Origin: Stutzerimonas stutzeri
GTDB taxonomy: Bacteria; Pseudomonadota; Gammaproteobacteria; Pseudomonadales; Pseudomonadaceae
Direction of reading: 5' to 3'
Assembly: GCF_009789555.1 (NCBI RefSeq)
Contig: NZ_CP046902.1
Coordinates: 4,168,856-4,192,855 of the forward strand
DNA length: 24,000 nucleotides
The notes under the pieces are model-generated. The model had not been told where the DNA came from and did not search any database. It saw only the letters and a program-made list of their open reading frames with translations. The position numbers were made by a program, and so were the translations under genes. Position 1 is the stretch's first letter; every line of letters starts with the position of its first letter. Below are positions 1 through 8,800 of the stretch, in pieces.

Positions 1-870
1 CGGCGGCTCGGTCCCCGCGACGGTTTTGCCTTCAGCCTCCGGTATCGGTTGGCCGCCATAGTTGATGCCATGGGTCGCCAGTGGCCAGCCATAGTTGCGC
101 CCCGACTGGGGAATATTGATCTCGTCGCCGCCGCGCGGGCCGTGCTCGTGGGTCCAGAGCTTGCCGCTCCACGGGTTGATGGCGGCGCCCTGCTGATTGC
201 GGTGACCGTAGGACCAGATTTCCGGGCGAGCCTCCTGGGTCGCCGCGAAGGGGTTGTCGTCCGGAACCTTGCCGTCAGGGTAGATGCGCACCAGCTTGCC
301 CTGGAGTTTGTCGAGCTCCTGGGCCGTGGGCCGCTGGTTGTTCTCGCCCAGCGCAATGAACAGATGCCCCTCGTCATCGAACACCAACCGGGAGCCGAAA
401 TGAATGCCGGTGGACAGCTTCGGCTGCTGGCGAAAGATAACCGTGAAGTCGTCCAGCCCACTCAGGTCGTCGGCCAGCCGGCCGCGCCCCACGGTGGTGC
501 CCGCCTGGCCGTCATCGCCGGCCTCGGCGTAGCTGAGATAGACCAGCCGGTCCTGCCCGAACCCGGGCGACAGGCGAACATCGAGCAAGCCACCCTGTCC
601 ACGCGCAAACACCTCCGGCACACCCGCGAGCGGTTCGGATATCTGCCCATCGCCACTGATGATACGCAGCCTTCCGGGCCGCTCGGTCACCAGCATGCCC
701 TTGTCATCCGGCAAAAACGCTAAGGCCCAGGGATGCTCCAGGTCGCTGGCGACGGTCTGCACCGTGACGCGACCTTGCTCGCTGTCGAAGTATTCGACTT
801 CGGCGAACGCCGGCGACGAACAGGCCAGAACCAGGCTGCAGACAAGGGCGTGACGGGCAAAGCGAGACAT
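1..870 (-). CDS. PQQ-dependent sugar dehydrogenase (soluble aldose/glucose dehydrogenase, YliI/Asd-like); C-terminus runs off the window
   Basis: Absent from the ORF track because it has no in-window stop. My translation of the minus strand from ATG 870..868 gives MSRFARHALVCSLVLACSSPAFAEVEYF...TVASDLEHPWALAFLPDDKGMLVTERPGRLRII...RGQGGLLDVRLSPGF...YGHRNQQGAAINPWSGKLWTHEHGPRGGDEIN...GRNYGWP. This is a signal peptide followed by propeller motifs typical of the family. The + strand ORF 49..723 is its antisense shadow. Confidence 0.85.
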   Translation of the reverse strand, partial: MSRFARHALVCSLVLACSSPAFAEVEYFDSEQGRVTVQTVASDLEHPWALAFLPDDKGMLVTERPGRLRIISGDGQISEPLAGVPEVFARGQGGLLDVRLSPGFGQDRLVYLSYAEAGDDGQAGTTVGRGRLADDLSGLDDFTVIFRQQPKLSTGIHFGSRLVFDDEGHLFIALGENNQRPTAQELDKLQGKLVRIYPDGKVPDDNPFAATQEARPEIWSYGHRNQQGAAINPWSGKLWTHEHGPRGGDEINIPQSGRNYGWPLATHGINYGGQPIPEAEGKTVAGTEPP

Positions 871-977
871 GGGATAGCTCCTGAGTGAAAGGCGACTGTT
901 TAAGAAGACCATGGACGACCCGAAATGCTCAGCGCGTGGCCGCGCACCGAAAATCGAACAAAAATTAGCCAGATCTG

Positions 978-983
978 TATAAT
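978..983 (+). promoter_or_regulatory. candidate sigma70 -10 hexamer (TATAAT) upstream of the small ORF
   Basis: Perfect TATAAT at 978..983, 28 nt upstream of ATG 1012. The -35 is poor (tcgaac/cgaaca, 3/6). Confidence 0.3.
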
Positions 984-1011
984 GTCCGGTTCGACTGACC
1001 AAAGGAACCCG

Positions 1012-1197
1012 ATGACGATGGCCTCCAAGACCACATCCGCCAAACGTAAACCCGAACCCGCCAGCGAAACCAGCCAATCCCTGGCCGCTCAGATGGCTGC
1101 CTTCCTGAAGGCCGGTGGCGAAGTCCAAAAGATCCCCAACGGCGTCAGCGGCCAGACCCAGGGCCCGTCGCGACAGATCACCATCAGCAAGAAGTAA
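1012..1197 (+). CDS. small (61 aa) hypothetical protein; C-terminal FLKAGGEVQKIP...SRQI motif resembles the SutA family of small RNAP-associated regulators
   Basis: Internal ATG of ORF 925..1197, preceded by AAAGGAA at 1001..1007. The motif similarity is from memory of Pseudomonas SutA C-termini. Confidence 0.45.
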   Translation: MTMASKTTSAKRKPEPASETSQSLAAQMAAFLKAGGEVQKIPNGVSGQTQGPSRQITISKK

Positions 1198-1286
1198 CGC
1201 ACCACCTGACCGACACGCGAGCTCCCGCCGTTACTGCCGTACCGCAGCAGCTCGCCAGGTTCCCCTGCACACCCTCCGAGATATCC

Positions 1287-2009
1287 ATGACCGACCCCAT
1301 GCGCCTGTCCAAACGCCTCGCCGAGCAACTCGGCTGTTCCCGGCGCGAGGCTGAGCTGTATATCGAGGGCGGCTGGGTCAGCGTCGATGGACAGATCATC
1401 GAAGCCCCGTATTTCAAGGTCGAAGACCAACGGATCGAGCTGCTGCCGGGCGCTACCGCGACCGAAGTGCAGCCGGTGACGTTGCTCCTGCACAAGCCAG
1501 CCGGCACCCCCACCGCCACCGACCCCGCGTCCGCCCAGGCGCAACTGAGCCAGGCGAGACACTGGTCTGGCGACGATGCCCGGCTCACTCCGCGCGACCG
1601 CCACCTGGCTCGCCAGACCGCGCTGCTTGCGCTGGAACCGGACGTCAGCGGGCTGGTTGTGTTCAGCCAGCAGCGCGAGGTAATTCGTACGCTTGCCGAC
1701 CCACGCGGCAAGCTCGAGCACGAGTACATCGTCGAAGTGGCGGGTGAACCCGAGGAAGGCGGCCTGGCGCTGCTGGCCAAGGGCATCGGCCATCGCGGCA
1801 GGGTACTGCCCAAGGCCAAAGCCAGTTGGCAGAACGAAACCCGTCTGCGGATCGTGCTCAAGGCGCCGCAAGCGGGCGACCTGCGCCAGCTGTGCGAAGC
1901 GATCGGGCTGCAGATGCGCAGCTGCAAGCGCATTCGCATCGGCCGTCTGTCGATGGCCAAACTGCCGGTCGGCGAGTGGCGATTCCTCGGCGAGCACGAA
2001 CGCTTCTAG
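1287..2009 (+). CDS. S4-domain RNA pseudouridine synthase family protein (RsuA/RluB/E/F class)
   Basis: N-terminal S4 motif MRLSKRLAEQLGCSRREAELYIEGGWVSVDGQII, then LLLHKPAG and ...PDVSGLVVFS..., typical of the RsuA-type fold. Confidence 0.8.
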   Translation: MTDPMRLSKRLAEQLGCSRREAELYIEGGWVSVDGQIIEAPYFKVEDQRIELLPGATATEVQPVTLLLHKPAGTPTATDPASAQAQLSQARHWSGDDARLTPRDRHLARQTALLALEPDVSGLVVFSQQREVIRTLADPRGKLEHEYIVEVAGEPEEGGLALLAKGIGHRGRVLPKAKASWQNETRLRIVLKAPQAGDLRQLCEAIGLQMRSCKRIRIGRLSMAKLPVGEWRFLGEHERF

Positions 2010-2151
2010 ACAGCACGCTGGCGGCGATCGCCCTGATCGCTCGCGCCGCCGGGCCCCTCGGCTACGCTGATGCCATTGAAACGGACAGAGGCCATTGGAG
2101 GTCACAGCTCCAACGTCGGGCAGTCTCGTCCTCAAGCCGCGAAGGTTCGTC

Positions 2152-2916
2152 ATGCAGAGACTCGTGCTGGTACTCACCCTGGCTCTGGTGCCTCTGGTCT
2201 GCGGGGCGCAGCAGCAGAAAGTCGAAGTCTGGACCTATCACCTTTCGCCACCTTTCATTCTCGACGACGCCCGAGGCCTTTCGCATGCCTTCGTCGAACT
2301 GCTCAACGACGACCCGGCCAACGGTGAGCGTTTCCACTTCGAGTTGGTGGAATTGCCGCGCAAGCGTGTGGACGTTCGCCTCGCTCGCAAGCGCCCCGGC
2401 GTGCTGCTATGGGCCACCCCTCGCTTCTTCACGACTGCACAGGCGGCCCATGGCAAATGGTCGCAGCCGCTGCTGATCGACCAGCAGGATTTCGTCTCGC
2501 TACCCGATGCGCCCGTTGAATACGAGGGCCCTCGTTCGCTGCACGGTCTTGTCCTGGGAGGTGTGCTCGGGCACCGTTACGCGGCGCTCGAAGAGGATAT
2601 CGCCCGTGGTGCGATCACGCGCCAGGATGTTCAGACCGATTTGCAGAACCTCCAGAAGCTGCTCTCCGGACGCATCGACACCTTGCTGATCCCGCGCTCG
2701 ACCTTGCTCTATTACCGCAAGGACGACCCCCTCAGCGACCTTTATGTATCGGATACCCCGCTGTACCAGTTCGCACGGCATCTGCTGGTCAATGGCCCGC
2801 TGGGCGCGCCTGTCATGGACTACCTGGACGGCTTTCTCAATGGCTTGCAGAGCAACCCGCGGTGGCAGATCCTGTTGTTCCAGTACGGACTCAAGCCCAT
2901 CGCCAGCGAGCCATGA
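2152..2916 (+). CDS. periplasmic solute-binding-protein-like protein (family 3 SBP-like), orphan
   Basis: ATG 2152 follows GAAGG. Signal peptide MQRLVLVLTLALVPLVCGAQQ. Length and pattern resemble type-3 SBP domains. No permease or ATPase genes nearby. Confidence 0.6.
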   Translation: MQRLVLVLTLALVPLVCGAQQQKVEVWTYHLSPPFILDDARGLSHAFVELLNDDPANGERFHFELVELPRKRVDVRLARKRPGVLLWATPRFFTTAQAAHGKWSQPLLIDQQDFVSLPDAPVEYEGPRSLHGLVLGGVLGHRYAALEEDIARGAITRQDVQTDLQNLQKLLSGRIDTLLIPRSTLLYYRKDDPLSDLYVSDTPLYQFARHLLVNGPLGAPVMDYLDGFLNGLQSNPRWQILLFQYGLKPIASEP

Positions 2917-2990
2917 CGCTGAACAGAAACGAAACTCGCGGGTCAGAACACGCGCTGACCCACCTAACCCATCATGAGAACAAGGCCGCG

Positions 2991-3530
2991 ATGAAGAACG
3001 CACTGGTGATCGGACTGCTCATGATCCTGGGCGGCTGCGCCTCTCCGCGATGCGATCAGTCCAGCAGCGACAGCACGTGCCGCACGGAGCGGCTGCTCTA
3101 TCAGAACGATCTCCTGCAGGCCAAGATCCTGATCTCCATCGGTGACGAAGAGGGCTATGAGCTTGCCGATGCCTTGCTCGAGCGCAGCGCCCGGCTCGAC
3201 GAGCGGGGCGAGATCGAGTTCTATCAGGCGCTGCTGATGATTCGACAGGGCCCGCAGCAGGCAGACGTTCTGCGCCTGCTCGACCAGGCCGCCGCCAAAG
3301 GCCATCCGCATGCGGTCGCGCTGCTCTACAAGATCTACCAGGAGCCCTATCTGGTCAGCGAAACCGACCCGAAGAAGGCCGAACAGTATCGGCAGGCCTA
3401 CGCCGAGCTGGACGTCGCGCAGAGCGGCTATCCGTCCTTCGACAAGGCCCTTGAACTGGTGTCCCGCCTCGTCGAGCCGCCGGCGCCGTTGCCCGAGCGG
3501 ATCGATCCCTGCGCTAACCGATGCCTTTGA
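2991..3530 (+). CDS. lipoprotein with Sel1/TPR-like repeat (hypothetical)
   Basis: Internal ATG 2991. Lipobox LMILGG-C. AAKGHPHAVALLYKIYQEPYLV...DPKKAEQYRQAYAEL resembles a Sel1 repeat. Confidence 0.6.
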   Translation: MKNALVIGLLMILGGCASPRCDQSSSDSTCRTERLLYQNDLLQAKILISIGDEEGYELADALLERSARLDERGEIEFYQALLMIRQGPQQADVLRLLDQAAAKGHPHAVALLYKIYQEPYLVSETDPKKAEQYRQAYAELDVAQSGYPSFDKALELVSRLVEPPAPLPERIDPCANRCL

Positions 3531-3536
3531 GCATCC

Positions 3537-3728
3537 TTATCGGGGCGTAGGCGTCTGCGAAATCTTCGGCTCCTGCTCACCGTCCATCACCGCTTGCGCC
3601 TCGTCGCGCGTGGCGTAGGGCCCGGCGATGGTCTTGCCGTCCAGTTCCACCACCCAGCACGTCACCCACGTCGGGCGCCAGCCTTGTGGCACGTCGTCTC
3701 CGGTCAGGTGCCTGATCGCTTTTTGCAT
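3537..3728 (-). CDS. small hypothetical protein (63 aa)
   Basis: ATG at 3728 is preceded by GGGGAGAGAG. Sequence MQKAIRHLTGDDVPQGWRPTWVTCWVVELDGKTIAGPYATRDEAQAVMDGE. No family recognised. Confidence 0.45.
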   Translation of the reverse strand: MQKAIRHLTGDDVPQGWRPTWVTCWVVELDGKTIAGPYATRDEAQAVMDGEQEPKISQTPTPR

Positions 3729-3919
3729 GGCTCTCTCCCCTTCGATTGCGTTCGGTCTGCAGGCTTGGTCGCCGCGTCTCCTAATAGGGACCACGGATGC
3801 AGCGTTTTTCTCGCTGAAACAAGCCGTTGCTGTTTGTGCCCGAACTGCCGCTGCGTCGCGCGGCTCTACTGAGAAGATGCGGCACTGTATCGGCCGATAA
3901 CACAGACGCGGGGGCTGCG

Positions 3920-4795
3920 ATGCGGGTTCGTCAGGCGCTTGGCTGCAAGACAGTACTGTTACTGGTGGTGCTCAGCCTCGTTACGGTCGGCTGCAGCCGC
4001 ATGAATCTGGCCTACCGCAATCTGCATCTGCTGATACCTTGGTCGCTCAATGATTACCTGGACATGAGTGGCGACCAGCAAAAGCGCTTCCGTGCGCAGC
4101 TGCGCGACCACCTGAGCTGGCATTGCCGCACGCAGTTGCCGGATTACCTGCGCACCCTCGAGCGTCTACAGCGACAGGTCAACCAGGGCGACGTCGACCA
4201 GGCCGCACTGCGCGCGCATTACCAGGACGCAAAACAGGCAATCCACGCCATCGCGGTGCAGATCACGCCGACCACGACGCAACTGCTGCGCGATCTCGAT
4301 GACGAGCAAGTGCACGACCTCAACGCGGCGCTCGATGACGATCGTCGCGAACGCGAGCAGAAGTATCTGCAACCGCCGCTGGATCAACAGATACGCGAAC
4401 GTGCCGAACGCATGCGCGAGCGGGTCGAGCAATGGATGGGCAGTACCCATGAGGCGCAACGGCAGCGCATCCTCGAATGGGCACGCGCGCTTGGCGATCA
4501 GAATCGACACTGGCTGGCCAACCGCGTTCAGTGGCAGCGGGCGCTCGGCGATGCATTGACCCGGCGCCATGAGGCGGGCTTCTCGGAACGCGTCGCGACG
4601 CTGCTGCAAGACCGCGAATCGCTGTGGACGCCAGCGTACAGAGCCGCCTTCACGCGCACCGAGCAGGCCGGGATCAGTCTGTTCAGTGACCTTTACGCCC
4701 TGTCCGACGCCGACCAACGACGCCATCTCGTCGCGCAACTGGAAGCGCTGCACAAGGACCTCGGTTCGCTGGACTGCCTGCCCGAGCCTCGCTGA
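3920..4795 (+). CDS. lipoprotein, DUF6279-like (hypothetical)
   Basis: Internal ATG 3920. Lipobox LVTVG-C followed by SRMNLAYRNLHLLIPWSLNDYLDM, which resembles the N-terminus of the DUF6279 lipoprotein family (from memory). Confidence 0.6.
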   Translation: MRVRQALGCKTVLLLVVLSLVTVGCSRMNLAYRNLHLLIPWSLNDYLDMSGDQQKRFRAQLRDHLSWHCRTQLPDYLRTLERLQRQVNQGDVDQAALRAHYQDAKQAIHAIAVQITPTTTQLLRDLDDEQVHDLNAALDDDRREREQKYLQPPLDQQIRERAERMRERVEQWMGSTHEAQRQRILEWARALGDQNRHWLANRVQWQRALGDALTRRHEAGFSERVATLLQDRESLWTPAYRAAFTRTEQAGISLFSDLYALSDADQRRHLVAQLEALHKDLGSLDCLPEPR

Positions 4796-4847
4796 AATTC
4801 AGCGCCACGCCAACGGCCATCGGCAGGCGTCGGCCTCAGCGGATCGC

Positions 4848-5819
4848 CTAGCGTTTACGGCGGCACAGCAACAAACCGACCACACCCGCCGCGATCCCGC
4901 CCGCCAGCAGCAGGGAGCGCTGGCGAGGCGCGTTGCTGCGCCAGCCGCCATCGATTCGGCGCTGACCCAGTGGCGGGTGGAACAGATTGCCCGAAGAGGG
5001 CGCCACCCGGTCCGCGCGGCGCAGTGCGGCGCCCGTCAGCAACCCCGACAGTTGATCGAAACCCGGGGTGATGAAATGCGCGAAGCGCAGCAGTGTCGCC
5101 ATCAGGCCAACCGAGGTGGTATGACGCGGATGCAGAGCGAGACTGACCATCGCCTCGGCCACCTGACGGGGATCGCACAGCGGCGGAGGCGGCTGCAACG
5201 AGCGCCCGGCATAATTGCCACCGTCACGGAAGCCAGGGGTATCGACCACCGACGGATAGACATCGCAGATGTGGATACCGGGCCAGTGCGCCAGTTCGCC
5301 GCGCAGCGCATGGGAGAAGCCGCGCAAGCCGAATTTGCTCGCCGAGTAGGCCACGGCGAACGGCTGCGGAACCCAGCTACCGACCGACAGGGTATTGATC
5401 AGAACGCCGCCATTCTGCTGTTTGAAATAAGGCAGCACCACATGCGCACCGCGCAGGTAACCGATCAGGTCGGTCTGCACGACCTGCTCATGGGCGTCCA
5501 GAGGCGTTTCGTCGAACGCGCCGACCGCGCCGACGCCGGCATTGTTGATCCAGACATCGATGCGCCCCTGCCCGAACCCGGCGGCGGCGCTTGCCAGTTG
5601 CTCCACGGAGTCGCTGAGTGTCACGTCGGTGGGCACGACAAGCGCTTGAGCACCGAGCGCCCGGCACTCCTCGGCCGCCTCTTGCAGGGCCTCGTCGTCG
5701 CGTGCGGCCAATACCACACGGGCACCCTGGCGCGCGAACGCCTGTGCGGTGGCGCGACCGATACCACTGGACGCCCCGGTGATGACCACCACTGCGCCTT
5801 CAAGCCTGGAATCCGCCAT
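4848..5819 (-). CDS. SDR-family oxidoreductase with C-terminal hydrophobic tail
   Basis: TGASSGIGRA cofactor motif, NNAG, YSASK active-site motif. C-terminal LLLAGGIAAGVVGLLLCRRKR looks like a membrane anchor. GGAGG RBS. Confidence 0.85.
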   Translation of the reverse strand: MADSRLEGAVVVITGASSGIGRATAQAFARQGARVVLAARDDEALQEAAEECRALGAQALVVPTDVTLSDSVEQLASAAAGFGQGRIDVWINNAGVGAVGAFDETPLDAHEQVVQTDLIGYLRGAHVVLPYFKQQNGGVLINTLSVGSWVPQPFAVAYSASKFGLRGFSHALRGELAHWPGIHICDVYPSVVDTPGFRDGGNYAGRSLQPPPPLCDPRQVAEAMVSLALHPRHTTSVGLMATLLRFAHFITPGFDQLSGLLTGAALRRADRVAPSSGNLFHPPLGQRRIDGGWRSNAPRQRSLLLAGGIAAGVVGLLLCRRKR

Positions 5820-5903
5820 ATTCGCACCTCCGAGGTGTGCTGTCGTTCACAGCTGACAGCCTGGACAGGGCAAACATTCCCCACCGCCCGGAGGATCTGT
5901 CCA

Positions 5904-6728
5904 TCACACCATCTGCAACGGTCGTGGGCGGGTCGGCGGCGTGAAGGCGCCGTCCAGGATGCCCAGGTCCGCAGGCGTCAGTTCAAGCGCTGCGGCCGAC
6001 GCATTGGCGCGTAGATGCGATGGGTTCGACGATTTGGGTATCACCAGCACGCCGGGTTGACGCAAAGCCCAGGCCAGTGCCACTTGGGCCGGCTGTGCGC
6101 CGTGGCGACGCGCAACCTCGACCACCGCCCGATGCCGCAACAGTTCGCCGCCCTGCCCTAACGGACAATACGCCATGATCGGCATGCCCCGTGCCTGGCA
6201 CCAGGGCAACAGGTCGAATTCGATCCCGCGCTCGCCAGGGTTGTAGAGCACCTGATTGGCCGCGCACGCGGGCGCACCCAGCTCGTGCATATCGTCCAGG
6301 TCGAAATTCGATACTCCCCAGCGGCGAATCTTGCCCTGCTCCCTGAGCCGTTCGAAGGCTTCGACCGTTTCCGCCAGCGGGTACTGGCCACGCCAATGCA
6401 GCAGGTACAGGTCGATACAGTCGGTGCCCAGGCGGCGCAGGCTGCGTTCACAGGCTTCGGGCACGCCTCGGCGACTGGCATTGTGCGGGTACAGCTTGCT
6501 GACCAGAAACACCCGGTCGCGGCGATTGCGGATCGCCTCGCCGACCACTTCTTCGGCGCCGCCTTCGCCGTACATCTCGGCGGTATCGATGAGCGACATG
6601 CCCAGCTCGATGCCAAGGCGCAGCGCGGCCACCTCGCGGCTACGTTCAGCCGGATTCTCGCCCATGTGCCACGTCCCCTGGCCGATCACCGGGACTTCAC
6701 TGCCGTCGGCCAGCGTCAGCGTGCGCAT
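5904..6728 (-). CDS. aldo/keto reductase
   Basis: MRTLTLADGSEVPVIGQGTWHMG...LIDTAEMYGEG...VSNF motifs. ATG 6728 overlaps the upstream TGA (TGATG), and GTG 6731 is an alternative start. Confidence 0.85.
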   Translation of the reverse strand: MRTLTLADGSEVPVIGQGTWHMGENPAERSREVAALRLGIELGMSLIDTAEMYGEGGAEEVVGEAIRNRRDRVFLVSKLYPHNASRRGVPEACERSLRRLGTDCIDLYLLHWRGQYPLAETVEAFERLREQGKIRRWGVSNFDLDDMHELGAPACAANQVLYNPGERGIEFDLLPWCQARGMPIMAYCPLGQGGELLRHRAVVEVARRHGAQPAQVALAWALRQPGVLVIPKSSNPSHLRANASAAALELTPADLGILDGAFTPPTRPRPLQMV

Positions 6729-7192
6729 CACCCGTCCCCCCGAGGGGCGTTCTGTTCGGCAACCGGCTCGGCCCAGGGATCATAGGTGCCGAAGTTCCAC
6801 AGGTGGCCTTCGAGGTCGCGGCAGCTGAAACCGCGACCGCCGTAATCCTCGTCCTTCAGTTCGATGACGATCTTCGCGCCCGCGGCCTTGGCCTTGGTGT
6901 AAAGCGCATCGGCGCTGTTGACGATGATGTAGATGCTTTGCGTGGAGACGCCGCCGACCTCGTCGGGCTGCCTGACCTGGCGGCCATACAGCGAGTCGGT
7001 GACCGGACCGAGCATCAACATGCCGCTGCCGAAACCGAGCTCGGCATGGATGATCCCCACCTGGGGGTCTTCGACCACGCGTCGCTGCTCGAAATCGAAC
7101 ACGCGGCACAGCCATTCCAGCGCCGCCGGAACATCGCGGTAACGCAGGCACGGGATCAGGTTGGAGGTGGTGTTCTTGCTATACAGGGACAT
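6728..7192 (-). CDS. VOC/glyoxalase-family protein
   Basis: IPCLRYRDVPAALEWLCRVFDFE...IHAEL...YGGRGFSCRDLEGHLWNFGTYDPW is typical of the glyoxalase/bleomycin-resistance fold. Translationally coupled to the reductase. Confidence 0.8.
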   Translation of the reverse strand: MSLYSKNTTSNLIPCLRYRDVPAALEWLCRVFDFEQRRVVEDPQVGIIHAELGFGSGMLMLGPVTDSLYGRQVRQPDEVGGVSTQSIYIIVNSADALYTKAKAAGAKIVIELKDEDYGGRGFSCRDLEGHLWNFGTYDPWAEPVAEQNAPRGDG

Positions 7193-7282
7193 GAAAGCTC
7201 CTTCCGGTTACGCGGCAGCGCTCACTTGAAAAAACGCACCGCTCAGCATTCAGACCGACGCCGGGGGCGTCGTTCCCCCCGG

Positions 7283-7918
7283 TTATGCCCGTTCGGCGAG
7301 GCCGAGCCGAATACCGAGCGCGATCAGGACCGAGCCGAACATCCGGTCCAGCCATTGGCTCAAGCGACGATTGCCACGCAGCGCCGAACCCGCGCGCGCC
7401 GCCACCAGCACCAGGGCGCATTCGACGACGATTGCCACCAGCACCACGAGCACGCCCAGCACCAACAGTTGCAGCGCCACGGCGCCTTCGTTCGGGCGCA
7501 CGAACTGCGGCAGGAACGCCATAAAGAAGATGGCCGCTTTCGGGTTGAGAAGGTCCACCAGGATGCCCTGCCGGTAGGCCTGCCATGGACGGGTCCGAGG
7601 TCCGCTGTCGGGGTCGAGCGAGGCCCCGACGCCCGCCGAGCGCAACGCCTGAATGCCCAGATACAGCAGGTACGCGGCCCCTACGTACTTGACCACCGAG
7701 AAGGCCAACGCCGAGGTCGCCAGAATCGCCGAAATGCCCAACGCTGCCGCAGCGACATGGACCAGCGCGCCACTGCACACGCCACAGGCCGAGGCCACCC
7801 CGACGCGCCGTCCGTCGGACAACGTGCGCGACAGCACGAAGAGCAGATCAGGCCCCGGCGAGAGGTTCAAGGCGAGGGCGGCCGAAAAGAAAACCAACCA
7901 GAACGCTGGGTCCGACAT
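7283..7918 (-). CDS. LysE/RhtB-family amino-acid exporter
   Basis: Internal ATG 7918 preceded by GGGAG. MSDPAFWLVFFSAALALNLSPGPDLLFVLS...NPKAAIFFMAFLPQFV are hallmark LysE motifs. The upstream 109 codons of ORF 7283..8245 look non-coding. Confidence 0.85.
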   Translation of the reverse strand: MSDPAFWLVFFSAALALNLSPGPDLLFVLSRTLSDGRRVGVASACGVCSGALVHVAAAALGISAILATSALAFSVVKYVGAAYLLYLGIQALRSAGVGASLDPDSGPRTRPWQAYRQGILVDLLNPKAAIFFMAFLPQFVRPNEGAVALQLLVLGVLVVLVAIVVECALVLVAARAGSALRGNRRLSQWLDRMFGSVLIALGIRLGLAERA

Positions 7919-8034
7919 GGCTGACTCCCGATGCTGCAACGCAGATGAAGCGGTCAATCTACTCCAGAGCAGGGTGGGCTTCCAGTTTCGCCCACGCGTG
8001 CAGTTCGTCGGAAAACCGGCACAAGAGCACGCTT

Positions 8035-8052
8035 GTGACTTTTTAATGTCAC
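8035..8052. promoter_or_regulatory. AT-centred inverted repeat GTGAC-N8-GTCAC in the LysE/csgD divergent region (candidate operator)
   Basis: GTGAC 8035..8039 and GTCAC 8048..8052 flank tttttaat. Extended arms TTGTGAC/GTCACcA match 6 of 7. It lies in the most AT-rich patch of the intergenic region. Confidence 0.25.
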
Positions 8053-8149
8053 CACCCTGAACTACTTTCATACCGGTAATGTCAAAGCGCCAGACCCGGT
8101 GAGGATCCCGGGCGCTACCCGTTAGCCATTCAAAGCAAAGGATATGCCC

Positions 8150-8800
8150 ATGACCGATGAAGCCCGTATGGCGCTCGTCACCGCGCCCGCGCGTCTCGTC
8201 CTGCTGTCTAACAGTGAGTTGTTGGACAGCGCGCTCCATCAGCACCTGCTCGACAGCCCGCAGTTTCGCCTGACGCGCAGCAATACGCTGCGCCCCGGCC
8301 TCAACGATGCGGACCTGACCCTGCTCGACGTCGGCAGCTTCGCGGACGCCGATTGCCAGCGCCTGCTTCGCCAGTTGCGCGATACCCCCACCGCTCTGAT
8401 CAACGCCCCGGCCGAGCAGGCCCGCCGGCTACTGGAGCTACACCCCTGGATCAAGGGCGTGTTCTACCCGAACACCAGCCGCACCAACTTCAGCCGCGGC
8501 GTCAGCGTCATCCTCGAGGGCGGCGACTGGCTACCCCGTGCACTGATGGAAAAGCTCCTCGGTCGCTACCGTCAGCTGACCCATGCCTCGCGCGCCATCG
8601 ATGAGCTGTCGGTGCGTGAGAAGCAGATTCTTGCGCTGGCCGGCAAGGGGCTTTCGAACGCCGAAATCGCCGCTCGCCTGCATCTGAGCACCCATACCAT
8701 CAAGAGCCACATCCATAACGCCCTGGGCAAGCTCGGCGCCTCCAACCGCGCACAGGGCGCCTCGCTGGTAATCGGACACGTCAACGAGGCCGGCATATGA
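8150..8800 (+). CDS. csgD: CsgD-family LuxR-type transcriptional regulator (receiver-like N-domain plus HTH)
   Basis: HPWIKGVFYPNTSRTNFSRGVSVILEGGDWLPRALMEKLL parallels E. coli CsgD WPHINGVFY...GLQGVLRGECYF. C-terminal LSVREKQILALAGKGLSNAEIAARLHLSTHTIKSHIHNALGKLGASNRAQ is a LuxR HTH. AAGGA at 8138..8142 favours ATG 8150 over ATG 8144. Confidence 0.85.
   Translation: MTDEARMALVTAPARLVLLSNSELLDSALHQHLLDSPQFRLTRSNTLRPGLNDADLTLLDVGSFADADCQRLLRQLRDTPTALINAPAEQARRLLELHPWIKGVFYPNTSRTNFSRGVSVILEGGDWLPRALMEKLLGRYRQLTHASRAIDELSVREKQILALAGKGLSNAEIAARLHLSTHTIKSHIHNALGKLGASNRAQGASLVIGHVNEAGI

Noticed and set aside
49-723. The + strand ORF of 224 aa at the window start.
   Set aside because: The opposite strand encodes a clear PQQ-dependent sugar dehydrogenase with a signal peptide, starting at 870. 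The + ORF is its shadow.
986-998. GGTTCGA, a tRNA T-loop-like motif.
   Set aside because: The flanking sequence cannot form acceptor, D or anticodon stems. It lies in the leader of the small ORF.
925-1011. The 5' extension of the small ORF (the full 90-aa version).
   Set aside because: The extension has no RBS and odd composition, whereas the internal ATG 1012 has AAAGGAA upstream and a TATAAT box at 978.
4569-6014. Very long ORFs antisense to, or out of frame with, confident genes. Examples are 4569..6014 (+, 481 aa), 6803..7924 (+, 373 aa), 1089..2177 (-, 362 aa), 14107..15102 (+), 18617..19720 (-, 367 aa), 22229..23350 (+), 9670..10521 (+), 10851..11639 (-) and 11685..12335 (-).
   Set aside because: Their translations are Arg/Ala/Gly/Pro-rich low-complexity strings with no recognisable motifs. 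Each fully overlaps a gene with strong family signatures. This is the expected stop-codon depletion of high-GC DNA.
7256-7272. Hairpin cgacgcc-ggg-ggcgtcg downstream of the LysE gene, considered as an intrinsic terminator.
   Set aside because: It has a 3-nt loop and no adjacent U-tract on the minus strand. A T6 run lies about 25 nt further on but has no convincing stem of its own.
8034-8054. TGTGA at 8034 considered as a CRP/Vfr half-site.
   Set aside because: With the required 6-nt spacer the second half-site reads aatgt rather than TCACA. It is kept only as a generic inverted repeat.
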